Made by a program: the position numbers and the translations under genes
Shown here: one piece after another, positions 16,958 to 26,303 of the stretch
How the letters are laid out: each line of letters opens with the position of its first letter
Numbering within the stretch: the stretch's first letter is position 1
Source: a virus
Lineage: Duplodnaviria; Caudoviricetes
IMG/VR virus record: IMGVR_UViG_3300042922_001441
Span: 1-33,090 of that record
Length of the DNA: 33,090 nucleotides
Direction: 5' to 3' (one strand)
Notes under the pieces: model-generated
What the model was told of the DNA's origin: nothing
What the model saw: only the letters and a program-made list of their open reading frames with translations
Databases searched by the model: none

Positions 16958-18185
16958 CTACTTTCTGCCAACTGGCCTCTCCATTAATTAAGGCTTCAAG
17001 GGTAATTTGACCACTTGGGAATAGAGTTACATCATTCTCTAGTTTTTCTTTACCCAATATTTCTTTAGCATCATTCAAACTATAAATACCTTGATTTGTG
17101 TACTTGGTTATTACTTCACATTGGGTTTTACTGTCTGTCCTTAGCAATACGTTAATATTAAACCTTATCTTATATCCTTTTTTCCTTTCGGATTCCGTCA
17201 AGAGTTTCCAGTCCATTTCTTGCTCTATCTGTTCAAAAATAATAAGCAAAGCATCCGATAAAAATTTAATATTGTCTTGTTCTTCGCTGATCGCCGTATC
17301 TCGCTGAATACCTAATTTACTAAGAGGTACGTTAAAACTGGTTGCTATTTCTTCTTTGCTTAATTTCCTAAGTTCAACGAACTGAGCATCGGCTAAATTT
17401 AAATTTAAAGAAGACACACTATATCCAGCTGGGATAGTAAATACTCTGCCCGTACTGCTATAAATTCTATTAAATTTATCTTGAATCTTATTAATTTCTT
17501 TTTCTTCTTTGATATCACTCGTCAATTGAACTGCTAGTTTGTTAGTTAAACCATTTGCAAATAATGTATTAAGGTACTTCTGACTCTTCATGCTTGTATC
17601 TAAACTCTCAGATAATATAGACCTATTCGCTTTACCTTTAATACCATCTAAAGTAAAATCTTTTAGCATTATAATATCTTTATCAAAACAACCACCCGTT
17701 TCCCCCTCTACGCTTTCAAAATCCCATAAAATTTTATTATTCTTTGTACCTTTAATTAATCCAGCGTTGTCTATTGTGCAACCTGTAATTTTAACAGGAT
17801 ACAGTCCGCTTATTTTATTTGATTTCCTAGCTATATATAAGCCAGCATATCCATGATGCTTGCCTAACGCTACAAATGCTTTATAACAATCAATAGCACT
17901 CATATAAGGGTTTGGTCTTAGCCTTAACATATCATTTAAATAATGTTCTTTTGCTATAGTTTCCCCTTTAACTGTTTCATTTTTAACCTGTAATGTACAT
18001 TTGGCGATACTTTCAGAGATTATTTTAATACAACTAAAATATGTAATTTCTTTCATCTCTAAATCAAATGGTGTGATATCATAACCATTTTCAAAACTAT
18101 AAAGTTCTTTCCAATCATTTACATTAACAGCACTTCTACTTTCTATTTTGTCCCAAAACATTTTATCACCTCTCTTTCTGTACAA
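16908..18185 (-). CDS. Portal protein, HK97 family (start probably ATG ~18161)
   Basis: CIKIISESIAK, LRPNPYMS, DAQFVE.RK....EIA..FNVP, LLRTD.KT. Confidence 0.95.
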   Translation of the reverse strand: MYRKRGDKMFWDKIESRSAVNVNDWKELYSFENGYDITPFDLEMKEITYFSCIKIISESIAKCTLQVKNETVKGETIAKEHYLNDMLRLRPNPYMSAIDCYKAFVALGKHHGYAGLYIARKSNKISGLYPVKITGCTIDNAGLIKGTKNNKILWDFESVEGETGGCFDKDIIMLKDFTLDGIKGKANRSILSESLDTSMKSQKYLNTLFANGLTNKLAVQLTSDIKEEKEINKIQDKFNRIYSSTGRVFTIPAGYSVSSLNLNLADAQFVELRKLSKEEIATSFNVPLSKLGIQRDTAISEEQDNIKFLSDALLIIFEQIEQEMDWKLLTESERKKGYKIRFNINVLLRTDSKTQCEVITKYTNQGIYSLNDAKEILGKEKLENDVTLFPSGQITLEALINGEASWQKVGDNDDNVAASKTVPKD

Positions 18186-18360
18186 AGTAACTTAATACAA
18201 ATAATGCTGCGGATAATAAGTACATAGCAATATATATATTAAGAATTGCTGTCGTAAAAAATAGCACTAAAAAAGAGATTATAATTAGCAAGTCAGCAAT
18301 TAATAACCTCATCTTTATTTTTCCCTTTATTGTTTTCATCATTTTTTTAATTTTACTCAC
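18166..18360 (-). CDS. Small two-TM membrane protein between terL and portal
   Basis: Two hydrophobic helices; a common gene at this position in Firmicutes siphoviruses. Confidence 0.7.
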   Translation of the reverse strand: MSKIKKMMKTIKGKIKMRLLIADLLIIISFLVLFFTTAILNIYIAMYLLSAALFVLSYFVQKER

Positions 18361-20088
18361 CTACCAATCCATAGAATCTAATGCCTTAACTGGGTCATAA
18401 TTACTCTTTTGCTCAATTTTCATGCTAAACTTGTGTACATCCACCCACGCAGCCACGGGATCTATTCTTTTAAACCTACTATTTTTATCTAACATCACAA
18501 ATCCCATTCTAGGCGGTGTTAATTCAGCATTATTTATTGCCCATGTTAACAATTCATCTTCTTTGTTGTAATAAATATTACCTGCCTCAACCTCATATTT
18601 AATATCCATGACACTATCATTTAGGCTCTTACTGTTCTGCCATACGTCTAAACAATCTGCTATCCCTTCTAGATCTGCCAAAAACATACTTGCATTAGCT
18701 TGGTCATAGTAAATCATATCAACTTGCAAATCATACTCTTTTGTAGTTTGTTTCAAGTACCTTAGTACCTGTTTATAGTCTGTTTTTATACCACCACCTC
18801 TAGTTGTGACTGTGATTAACCCCTTCTTAATCCATAGGTGATATGGTGCATTATCTGTCTGTTCATGTTCTTTAATTCTGGTGGATGGTATAAAAGAATG
18901 GTGATGCACAAAATATTTCTTTTCATCACCTTCAAAAAACGTGAACTCAAAACAAATTGATGTTAAATCTCCGCCTGAAGATAAATCCATACCAACATTA
19001 CACTCTTTACCTCTAAAATCCTCTAATGTATAATCACTGGCACATTTATGCCATGCGGTCATATTCATATATTTTACATCAGTAAATTCTACCCACATGT
19101 TGAGTTGTTTAGTAAGAAAGTTGTTCCAATCTTTACCACCCATCTTTTTAGCCTGTGCATAATCTGTTTTTAAAACTTCTAGCGAATCTAAGTCATATTG
19201 CATGGTTGGATTTGCTTTATACCAATTATTACAATCGTTCAAATCATCATTTTCGTCTAATTCGGCTATAAAAACAAATTGGGTGTCATTTATTTCTATG
19301 CTTTCTAGCACATCTTTACAATATCTATAAAGCTTGTGACATGCACCATCAATTGTAAAACCAGCAGTAGTTATACAATTTAATAAACATTCTTTTAATT
19401 TTTTCTGACCATCTTTGAACAAAGAATAAATTTGATTATCTTTATGCAAATGATATTCATCAACACTGGCATATATGGCTCTAAATCCATCTAATGTTTT
19501 ACTATCACGTCCAATAGCACGAATTATTGTATTTGTTAACTTACACTCAATTTCACTTTTATAATCTTTAATCTTAAAAAGTTCACTTAAATCTTCATCT
19601 GATTCAATAAATTTTACCGCCTCATTAAATACAATTTTTGCCTGATCTTTTTTAGTAGCGCCCAATAATATTAATCCATAATTATAAGGAATAAAATTTC
19701 CATTATATGTTGTAAGGACTCCACTTAACAGTGACTTACCCTGTTGCCTTGCTATCTGTATATAAGATTGTCTATAACGTCTATACCCTGTATCTTTATG
19801 TATCCATCCATATAAACTACCCAAAATAAAGTCTTGAAATGGATATAATTTTAACGGTTGTGGCTCTCCACCCTCTGCAAGAGTTAGAGTTTCTGCAAAA
19901 TTAATGATCTCATTAGCCTTGTCAACATCAAATCTATATTTATATGGAGCCAACTTACTACTTTCTAAATTATCTAAATGTCTTTTACATGCTAATTTAA
20001 CAGAGTTTCCAGCAATTATTTCCCCATTTAATACTGATATAGCATATGCCGTTACTCTATCCATTTTTAGCGCTACCAAACTTTTCAA
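18361..20088 (-). CDS. terL: Terminase large subunit
   Basis: LYPFQ, Walker A IARQQGKS, Walker B SVDEYH, ITTAG, KANP, nuclease GMDLS and RIDP. Confidence 0.97.
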   Translation of the reverse strand: MKSLVALKMDRVTAYAISVLNGEIIAGNSVKLACKRHLDNLESSKLAPYKYRFDVDKANEIINFAETLTLAEGGEPQPLKLYPFQDFILGSLYGWIHKDTGYRRYRQSYIQIARQQGKSLLSGVLTTYNGNFIPYNYGLILLGATKKDQAKIVFNEAVKFIESDEDLSELFKIKDYKSEIECKLTNTIIRAIGRDSKTLDGFRAIYASVDEYHLHKDNQIYSLFKDGQKKLKECLLNCITTAGFTIDGACHKLYRYCKDVLESIEINDTQFVFIAELDENDDLNDCNNWYKANPTMQYDLDSLEVLKTDYAQAKKMGGKDWNNFLTKQLNMWVEFTDVKYMNMTAWHKCASDYTLEDFRGKECNVGMDLSSGGDLTSICFEFTFFEGDEKKYFVHHHSFIPSTRIKEHEQTDNAPYHLWIKKGLITVTTRGGGIKTDYKQVLRYLKQTTKEYDLQVDMIYYDQANASMFLADLEGIADCLDVWQNSKSLNDSVMDIKYEVEAGNIYYNKEDELLTWAINNAELTPPRMGFVMLDKNSRFKRIDPVAAWVDVHKFSMKIEQKSNYDPVKALDSMDW

Positions 20089-20524
20089 ACTTATTTTTTG
20101 GCTTTTCTTGTTTTTTGGGGACGGATACTTTGCATCGGCTTATTATATTAAAACATAGTTGATTATTAAGTTTGTCCAACATACTAAATACTTTAGTTTG
20201 CTTAATTAGCATTTTGTCATATTCTATAGAAGAAATATCCAACTTATTTAAAGCCTTTGTAATAGTGTTGTATTGTTCTTCCAGTACAACATATCGTGCT
20301 AAAGATTCAACATCTAAATTAGTAAATATATTAGCCTCTAAAAGTTGACAGGCAAGATAATCAAATCTTAACTTTTGCTTTTTTGACAAATGAGAAGGGG
20401 CTTCAACGTTATCTGTAGGTGCCTTAATCTCACTTTGTTTTCTTTCTTCAATTTCGTGTTTTGTCTTATGTGCAACATTACCTTTTGCAAGTAATAATTC
20501 TATTGGTTCTTTTGGTCTAGCCAT
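20057..20524 (-). CDS. terS: Terminase small subunit (P27 family)
   Basis: MARPKEP, APSHLSK, LDVESLARY, SRCK motifs; overlaps terL. Confidence 0.9.
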   Translation of the reverse strand: MARPKEPIELLLAKGNVAHKTKHEIEERKQSEIKAPTDNVEAPSHLSKKQKLRFDYLACQLLEANIFTNLDVESLARYVVLEEQYNTITKALNKLDISSIEYDKMLIKQTKVFSMLDKLNNQLCFNIISRCKVSVPKKQEKPKNKFEKFGSAKNG

Positions 20525-20539
20525 CTTCTCACCTCTTTT

Positions 20540-20650
20540 CTAATTGATAATAATTCCCATTTTTTCTGGTAAAACGAGTTTTTGCTACAAATCACCGGCA
20601 CAACGGTTTTTTCAGATATCAAATATAACTTTCTACCCCTCCCCCACTTG
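20540..20650. other. Putative cos region
   Basis: Intergenic between HNH and terS with GC-rich tracts (accggcacaacggt, ctacccctccccc); positional inference only. Confidence 0.4.
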
Positions 20651-21049
20651 TCCATAGTCAACTTTCCATCTCTCTATCAGATCAAATAATAATTTCTGCA
20701 TCTCTTTCTTTGCTCTATCACTTTTTTTATAAACGCTATGTATATAAGCATGATTAACTGAGTTGAGCCATATCAAATCCTCTATGTCATATGATCTGGT
20801 CTTATCTTCCTCAACCTCAATAATATGATGGCTGAGTGTTCCATGTTCAACTTTACCTAACACATATAAGTTATAAATATCTATGTAACAAAACCTCCTT
20901 GCACATTTATTGGTTAACAACTTCCATTCTTTACTTTCATATATAGATTTACTATCTTTGTTTCTGTTGTAAGTATCATAGATTTTGTTATTAAATCTCC
21001 TGCCTTTGCTCATGCAGCCATTGGGACATTCTTTATTTGTATATTCCAT
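20633..21049 (-). CDS. Packaging-associated HNH endonuclease (HK97 gp74-like)
   Basis: IYESKEWK, SHHIIEV..D...L...NH..IH; directly upstream of terS. Frame extends upstream to 21085. Confidence 0.85.
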   Translation of the reverse strand: MEYTNKECPNGCMSKGRRFNNKIYDTYNRNKDSKSIYESKEWKLLTNKCARRFCYIDIYNLYVLGKVEHGTLSHHIIEVEEDKTRSYDIEDLIWLNSVNHAYIHSVYKKSDRAKKEMQKLLFDLIERWKVDYGQVGEG

Positions 21050-21118
21050 CTTACATTCACATCTAGGACATAGTTTATAAAGTATTACGTCACCTTCCTC
21101 TTCTTGTTTTTAAGCAAT

Positions 21119-21150
21119 AAAAAAAGAACCTACTCGTCAAAGTAAGTTCT
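21119..21150 (-). terminator. Terminator after the membrane-protein moron
   Basis: AGAACTTACT..AGTAGGTTCT followed by a T-run. Confidence 0.65.
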
Positions 21151-21166
21151 ATGAATTAGTTATGTA

Positions 21167-22093
21167 TTATTTTTCACTTGCTTCTTCTTTTAATAATTCT
21201 TTAGCAACTGATCTGATAATATTATATTTAGTTTTTCTTTTTTGATTTCCTGTATAAAAATAAGGTGATGCTAATACAAGTATGCAAACCATTATAAGAC
21301 TTGAATCTTTTAGTATTAACGTCAGTTCAAAAATTTTAACTATGATTCCTACTACGAAAGTTGATAAAACAGTTACCATAAGTATTACATACGTATTTAT
21401 ACTATTAATGCTATCAGTATATCCATCCATTATGGATATAAGCATTTTCTTATCATATTTCGTAATACACTCATTTTTAACTATTTTTTCTATTCTCTTT
21501 ATGATATCCATAGAAATATTAACTGTTACTGGATTTATTCCCCATGTGCTCCAAGAAGTTAATCTTCTAATTAGCTTATTATAGTTAATATTGCTCTCTA
21601 TGTCCTCCATATGGTTAAATTTATTATTATCATTACTTCCCTCATTATCCTCTTCAATATTTGATATATCATTTATATATTTATCTTTACATAAACTATA
21701 AACTTCTAACCACGCTTTATAATATGTCATCTTATCTTTTCTAAAATATATCCATAGTTGAAACATTAAATATGTATATAAAAAATAAGAAGTAAAAATA
21801 ATAAGACCTAATACCAACCTTTCAACATTTATGTTCAAAAGTATTTCCCAATTTTTATTTTGTAAAATGCCCGTTACTAAAACAATAAATACTCCACCAA
21901 AGAATGCTATATTATATCCTTTAATATTACGTTTTTCTTCTTCTTTTTCTATATCTATTTTCAACCTTATTTGAAATCTATTTCTTTCTTCTAAAGTCAT
22001 TCCCATAATATAACTTTCAGCTTGAGATATAAAATCATCTATACTATTTTTAAATACTCTCTTATACCTATAGTAAATATCATCATTAGCCAT
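21167..22093 (-). CDS. Four-TM membrane protein (moron) with apparent internal duplication
   Basis: Two pairs of hydrophobic helices, each followed by a basic helix; GGAGG RBS, upstream TATAAT, own terminator. Confidence 0.75.
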   Translation of the reverse strand: MANDDIYYRYKRVFKNSIDDFISQAESYIMGMTLEERNRFQIRLKIDIEKEEEKRNIKGYNIAFFGGVFIVLVTGILQNKNWEILLNINVERLVLGLIIFTSYFLYTYLMFQLWIYFRKDKMTYYKAWLEVYSLCKDKYINDISNIEEDNEGSNDNNKFNHMEDIESNINYNKLIRRLTSWSTWGINPVTVNISMDIIKRIEKIVKNECITKYDKKMLISIMDGYTDSINSINTYVILMVTVLSTFVVGIIVKIFELTLILKDSSLIMVCILVLASPYFYTGNQKRKTKYNIIRSVAKELLKEEASEK

Positions 22094-22203
22094 TCACATA
22101 TCCTCCATCTTTTGATATTATATCTCATAATTATACTAACTATTTAAAATTAAGTAAATATTATGTTATAATAATATCAAAAAACAATGAATGGAGGTAT
22201 GAT

Positions 22204-22569
22204 ATGAAAATAAATAAAGATAAAGAAAAAATTCTTAAATATCTACTTAAAATAGTGAGTCAGACAAATCAAACCTACTTTGATAATCCTACTCCAATTT
22301 ATGAACACTTTGAAGAAATGCCTTTATTTGAAGATATTCTTAATTCCTTGGCTAACGATAATCTCATTAAACTTGTTCATCCATATGATGGTTTTCAAAC
22401 TATCAAAGTCCTTCCTGAAGGCTTATCATATTTCGAAGATAAAAGAGCATATAGACTTATATATATCAAAGAACTTCTGCTCTCCAAAATCAGCGATGTT
22501 ATAATTGCTATGGTTACAAGTATTATTATGTACTTTGTAATGGATTGGATCAAAACTTTACCCAAATAG
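22204..22569 (+). CDS. Hypothetical protein, wHTH-like N-terminus with C-terminal TM helix
   Basis: GGAGG RBS; 'LNSLANDNLI...VLPEGLSYFE' plus hydrophobic tail; opposite strand to the phage operon. Confidence 0.75.
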   Translation: MKINKDKEKILKYLLKIVSQTNQTYFDNPTPIYEHFEEMPLFEDILNSLANDNLIKLVHPYDGFQTIKVLPEGLSYFEDKRAYRLIYIKELLLSKISDVIIAMVTSIIMYFVMDWIKTLPK

Positions 22570-22741
22570 TGGTATCATATCATTAGAAATAAAACCACTG
22601 CACATATGTAACACGCCCTATCAATTGACCTACCATTATAATAAAAACTCTAACCATAGCATACCCCAATCAAGTGACTCAATATCTTTTAATGTTTCAT
22701 CATCTGAAACAATTTTATGCTCTTTATTCTTTAACTTACTC

Positions 22742-22975
22742 CTATCTGTCATGTCTAACCCTACCTATTACCTTATCATTTTGTTCTAATTGTACGACAT
22801 AAGCATTTTTTTTATTATTCTCATATAATGCTATACTAGCAAACATAAAGGCATTTATAAACGACAATGTAAATGCCTTTCCTATAAATACAGATATTAA
22901 TGCAGAAATTATTATACTCAACACAAACCATTTACTTACAAAAACAATCCTTAAATAATTTAATAATTCTCTCAT
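22742..22975 (-). CDS. Small membrane protein
   Basis: Two hydrophobic segments; co-oriented with the phage operon. Confidence 0.55.
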   Translation of the reverse strand: MRELLNYLRIVFVSKWFVLSIIISALISVFIGKAFTLSFINAFMFASIALYENNKKNAYVVQLEQNDKVIGRVRHDR

Positions 22976-23149
22976 TATCTATTTCACCGCTCCATTCTCA
23001 ACATTTTTCAATCATCTCAGCCAAACCCTTACTATCCATATTGCACCTCGTTAATGGTACCATCTAAAGTCCATTGACTATCAATACCAATCCTATAAAA
23101 TGGCATAAAAAAATACCACTCTTAGGACTGGTAATATGTACTTATTTAT

Positions 23150-23302
23150 CTACTGTTTTCTATATTTTTTAACGATTTGCTGACCAGCACTCAATACTAA
23201 GTAGCCAACATCCTTAATAGTGTAAAATACACCATATAACAGGCAAAAACAATATAGCCATTTTGCCAAATCATCTAATACATATCCATTAATAGTAATC
23301 AT
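23150..23302 (-). CDS. 50-aa hypothetical membrane peptide
   Basis: MITINGYVLDDLAKWLYCFCLLYGVFYTIKDVGYLVLSAGQQIVKKYRKQ; start overlaps the upstream stop. Confidence 0.5.
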   Translation of the reverse strand: MITINGYVLDDLAKWLYCFCLLYGVFYTIKDVGYLVLSAGQQIVKKYRKQ

Positions 23303-23604
23303 CATTGTACATTATCCTCCTGAATATATACTTCTGGATTATTCCAGTTCTCGCTCTTAAAATTAAAGTGTTTGCGTTTAGTTTGACTATACTGTGCTTC
23401 TTCTTCTCTTGCTTCTATATTTGCATCAAATCTACGTTTAATCTCTATTAGCTCTGGAGTCTCTTCCACAACGCCCACTGTAATAGTCTTGCCCGTCTTT
23501 CTATCTACTCCACATTTAATGTTATATGGAAATCCTATGTAATCTAAGTGTTTTAAAAAGTTAATACTTCTATAAATCTTCTGCATTGTTTGTATCCTCC
23601 TCAA
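23302..23604 (-). CDS. Hypothetical protein (start probably ATG ~23586)
   Basis: Open frame; GGAGG RBS before MQKIY. Confidence 0.65.
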   Translation of the reverse strand: MRRIQTMQKIYRSINFLKHLDYIGFPYNIKCGVDRKTGKTITVGVVEETPELIEIKRRFDANIEAREEEAQYSQTKRKHFNFKSENWNNPEVYIQEDNVQ

Positions 23605-23752
23605 TATTTTCTAATCCACTATCTTCTATGACATCCTCAATGTGCTCACATTTTTCTATAATACTCTCACATTTTTGAATCATTTTAATCAACATTTCCT
23701 GTAATTCTATCATATCGTTAATTTTATTCTTTCTCATATACATTCCCTCCAT
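23570..23752 (-). CDS. Small acidic coiled-coil protein
   Basis: Open frame coupled to its neighbours; GGAGG RBS. Confidence 0.55.
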   Translation of the reverse strand: MEGMYMRKNKINDMIELQEMLIKMIQKCESIIEKCEHIEDVIEDSGLENIEEDTNNAEDL

Positions 23753-23753
23753 C

Positions 23754-24362
23754 TTAATTAATCCAACTAGGTATAATCATCTTATTGCCAACACTTAACC
23801 ATCTATCGCAACCCACTCTATGGTAATATCCCACACTAATGTTATAATGGTCAGCAATTTCTTCCGTACTCATTTGATGTACATTAGGATTAGCTTTAAG
23901 CCAATTTATTTCACACACTTTAGTTTCATCCAATTTACTACAATTACCATTATTACTTCCCAATTGTGCTATCTTCATCAACTCTGTATTCTTGCGTTTT
24001 GGCTGTGATGTTGTAGTTTTACTTTTATTGATTACTTCAACACCATCCACATGTTTAAAGTAATTCATGTAAAATTCCTCTAGCTCTGGCAGCAGATTTT
24101 CATCCTCTACAATTTCTAAAATTTCAAATCTAATGTTATCTGGATTCTGTTTGTATATCTCATTCAATTCTTGATACTTATGCTTATTGTAGCGAATCAT
24201 TGACATATGGTAGCTGTTCCTCTTAGCAATGCCATTAAGCCCTGCCTGACCTATATAATAGGCATCGGCTTTACCTTCTCTGATTCCTATAATTGCATAA
24301 ATACCCATTAAGTTTTCTTTAATTTTTGTACCTTTTTTGATTATCATTGTATATTCCTCCAT
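23754..24362 (-). CDS. GIY-YIG endonuclease with C-terminal NUMOD/HTH-like DNA-binding region
   Basis: GIYAI...YYIGQA..IAKR..H, FEILE, LEEFY; C-terminal GSNNGNCSKL..V.EI...IADHYNIS. Confidence 0.85.
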   Translation of the reverse strand: MEEYTMIIKKGTKIKENLMGIYAIIGIREGKADAYYIGQAGLNGIAKRNSYHMSMIRYNKHKYQELNEIYKQNPDNIRFEILEIVEDENLLPELEEFYMNYFKHVDGVEVINKSKTTTSQPKRKNTELMKIAQLGSNNGNCSKLDETKVCEINWLKANPNVHQMSTEEIADHYNISVGYYHRVGCDRWLSVGNKMIIPSWIN

Positions 24363-24383
24363 TTAGTTTAATTTTGTGCATAG

Positions 24384-24410
24384 AAAAAAGCCCATCTTTT
24401 TAGATGAGCT
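24384..24410 (-). terminator. Intrinsic terminator
   Basis: AGCTCATCT-aaaa-AGATGGGCT followed by a T-run. Confidence 0.7.
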
Positions 24411-24500
24411 GATTCATAACTATTAGTACAGTATTTGGTAGGCTCTGTAACCTCTATTACTATTACTACCTCTTATGTAATTAATAATAATTTAGCTATA

Positions 24501-24830
24501 TTAAAATTGTTTTTTTACTTCTGGTTTTTTGCAATATAAGGCGATTACCTCAATATCATATTCCATTTTTACATCATTTATATTATAAATATATGCATCA
24601 ACTCTTTTATTGCTAATTTCATCTATCCTATATTTTAACTTATCCATAGCTCTTTGCCCATCATAACAACCTTTGTAATTAAGACCAATAGAATCTATTC
24701 CCCATTGTTCCGAAAAACTATACCACATAAAAGAATTGACAAGTTTTAATTTATTTTTTTGTGGACTCTGTATGATAGAATAATATTGTCCATATTCATC
24801 AATAATTAAATCACTTTTTTTAACTTCCAT
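24501..24830 (-). CDS. Hypothetical protein
   Basis: Open frame with GGAGG RBS. Confidence 0.65.
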   Translation of the reverse strand: MEVKKSDLIIDEYGQYYSIIQSPQKNKLKLVNSFMWYSFSEQWGIDSIGLNYKGCYDGQRAMDKLKYRIDEISNKRVDAYIYNINDVKMEYDIEVIALYCKKPEVKKQF

Positions 24831-24959
24831 AATCCCATTCCTCCTAAGTATTTTATAATTACAATAATATTCTACATCTTGTATAATATTTTAACAATAG
24901 ATAAAACATGCTATTTGTAATTGTCTATTATTTAAAAATATAGATAAAAACCATTTGAT

Positions 24960-25343
24960 TTGTGAAATGGCGCACTTTGCCATGAAACAAATAGTATTTT
25001 TTTGGCACTTTAAAAAATACTCTATTCTCCTATAAATACTAAGATATATTCCTTGCGTCATATATCTTTTGCTTGCAAATCTTGGCAGATTTTGCTCGCA
25101 ACATTTGTTCTTTTTATTTTTGATTAGCTATATAATAAAAGTATCATCTAAATTTTATAAATAACTATTTACAAATTAATTATAATAATATATAATACAA
25201 CTATAAATGTTATTAAGTAGATGTTATGTCTATATATCAATATATAGTTTTTTGCCAGAATGTAGTTATATCAATGGATATAGCGATTTTTTACTGCACA
25301 AAAATACTATTTCAAGGGTCTTTTTTGCACAAAAGTACTATTT
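24960..25343. other. Putative replication origin (AT-rich, iteron-like repeats)
   Basis: tgcacaaaa(a/g)tactattt at 25295-25312 and 25326-25343; inverted degenerate copy at 24989-25007; very AT-rich 25110-25250; directly downstream of the rep-like gene. Confidence 0.55.
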
Positions 25344-26237
25344 TTATAATCTGAAATCTGAAATCAATCCCTGTAGGTCTTTTATATCTGTACCCTTATA
25401 GTAAATTAATGGATTAATTTTAATAAACTTTTTCTTATGCCTTCTAACCTCCAGCATTACTTCTTTCTCGTCAATTCTCAACTCAAATAATTCATTTGTT
25501 ATTTTTGCGCTATTAGCAGGATTATATCCTATTAGTTCACACATCTCTTTCATGTTTAATGTTTCAATTTCTGATTCAATCTCTTTGTCAACCGTATCAT
25601 ATGTACAAACACAATTAAATCTTAAATTTATGTTAGGAAGAATCATGAATAAATAATATAGCTGCTTATGTTGTTTTGGACTACACTCCCTATACAGCTT
25701 CTTAATCCCCTCCATGAACATTCTAGTATAATTTTTCTTTTTTTGAGAAATGCTTAATTTGCCTCGGAAGATCATGTCGGTATTTATGCAATAATTACCA
25801 TTACCATTAACTTCTATTAGGCTGTTCTTAGACAGTTCTTTTAATGTTTTATAAAACTCTCTATCTCCTAGTTTTAATTTTTCCCTAATATCATCTTTAC
25901 TTAATGGAACCCTTGCACTAGTTTCTTTATCCGTGTCAACTAATAAAGAACCATCAGTATTATAGCTGACAAATGAACATAGATATAGAAATCTAGTCTT
26001 CATGCTATTAATCATATTTATAGTTTTCATCTTTTCATAAAAGTAAAAATAGAATCCATTAAACCCTTCATCTATTAACATCTTAAACTCATTCGATTCA
26101 TCCTTACGTCTAACAGCATCATTTTCTTTTTTAACTTGCTCAGGTGTTTTCGGGATGATATTTTTTACTGTATCCGATAAAACCTCTCCCGTGTTCTTGA
26201 CATAAACAGTTTTTCTTTCCATCAACATCTCTTCCAT
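25344..26237 (-). CDS. Putative replication initiator, tandem wHTH (RepL-like)
   Basis: Two RepL-like endings, YCINTDMIFRG and IKINPLIYYKG, each preceded by an HTH-like segment. Confidence 0.6.
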   Translation of the reverse strand: MEEMLMERKTVYVKNTGEVLSDTVKNIIPKTPEQVKKENDAVRRKDESNEFKMLIDEGFNGFYFYFYEKMKTINMINSMKTRFLYLCSFVSYNTDGSLLVDTDKETSARVPLSKDDIREKLKLGDREFYKTLKELSKNSLIEVNGNGNYCINTDMIFRGKLSISQKKKNYTRMFMEGIKKLYRECSPKQHKQLYYLFMILPNINLRFNCVCTYDTVDKEIESEIETLNMKEMCELIGYNPANSAKITNELFELRIDEKEVMLEVRRHKKKFIKINPLIYYKGTDIKDLQGLISDFRL

Positions 26238-26303
26238 AACTACCTCCCTATATTTTGTTTATCATGATTAAGATTCTCCTGCTCTGGAGAGCCTATATTT
26301 CAA

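Noticed and set aside
5745-23162. Shared ctactgttttcta and ggcata(A-run)tac at ~5745-5782 and ~23102-23162 as phage RNAP promoters
   Set aside because: One copy is the end of a CDS, the rest is a generic terminator tail, and 13-mer matches are expected by chance in AT-rich DNA.
25207-25401. 64-aa plus-strand ORF over the origin-like region
   Set aside because: No RBS; overlaps the iteron-like repeats and the 3' end of the rep-like gene.
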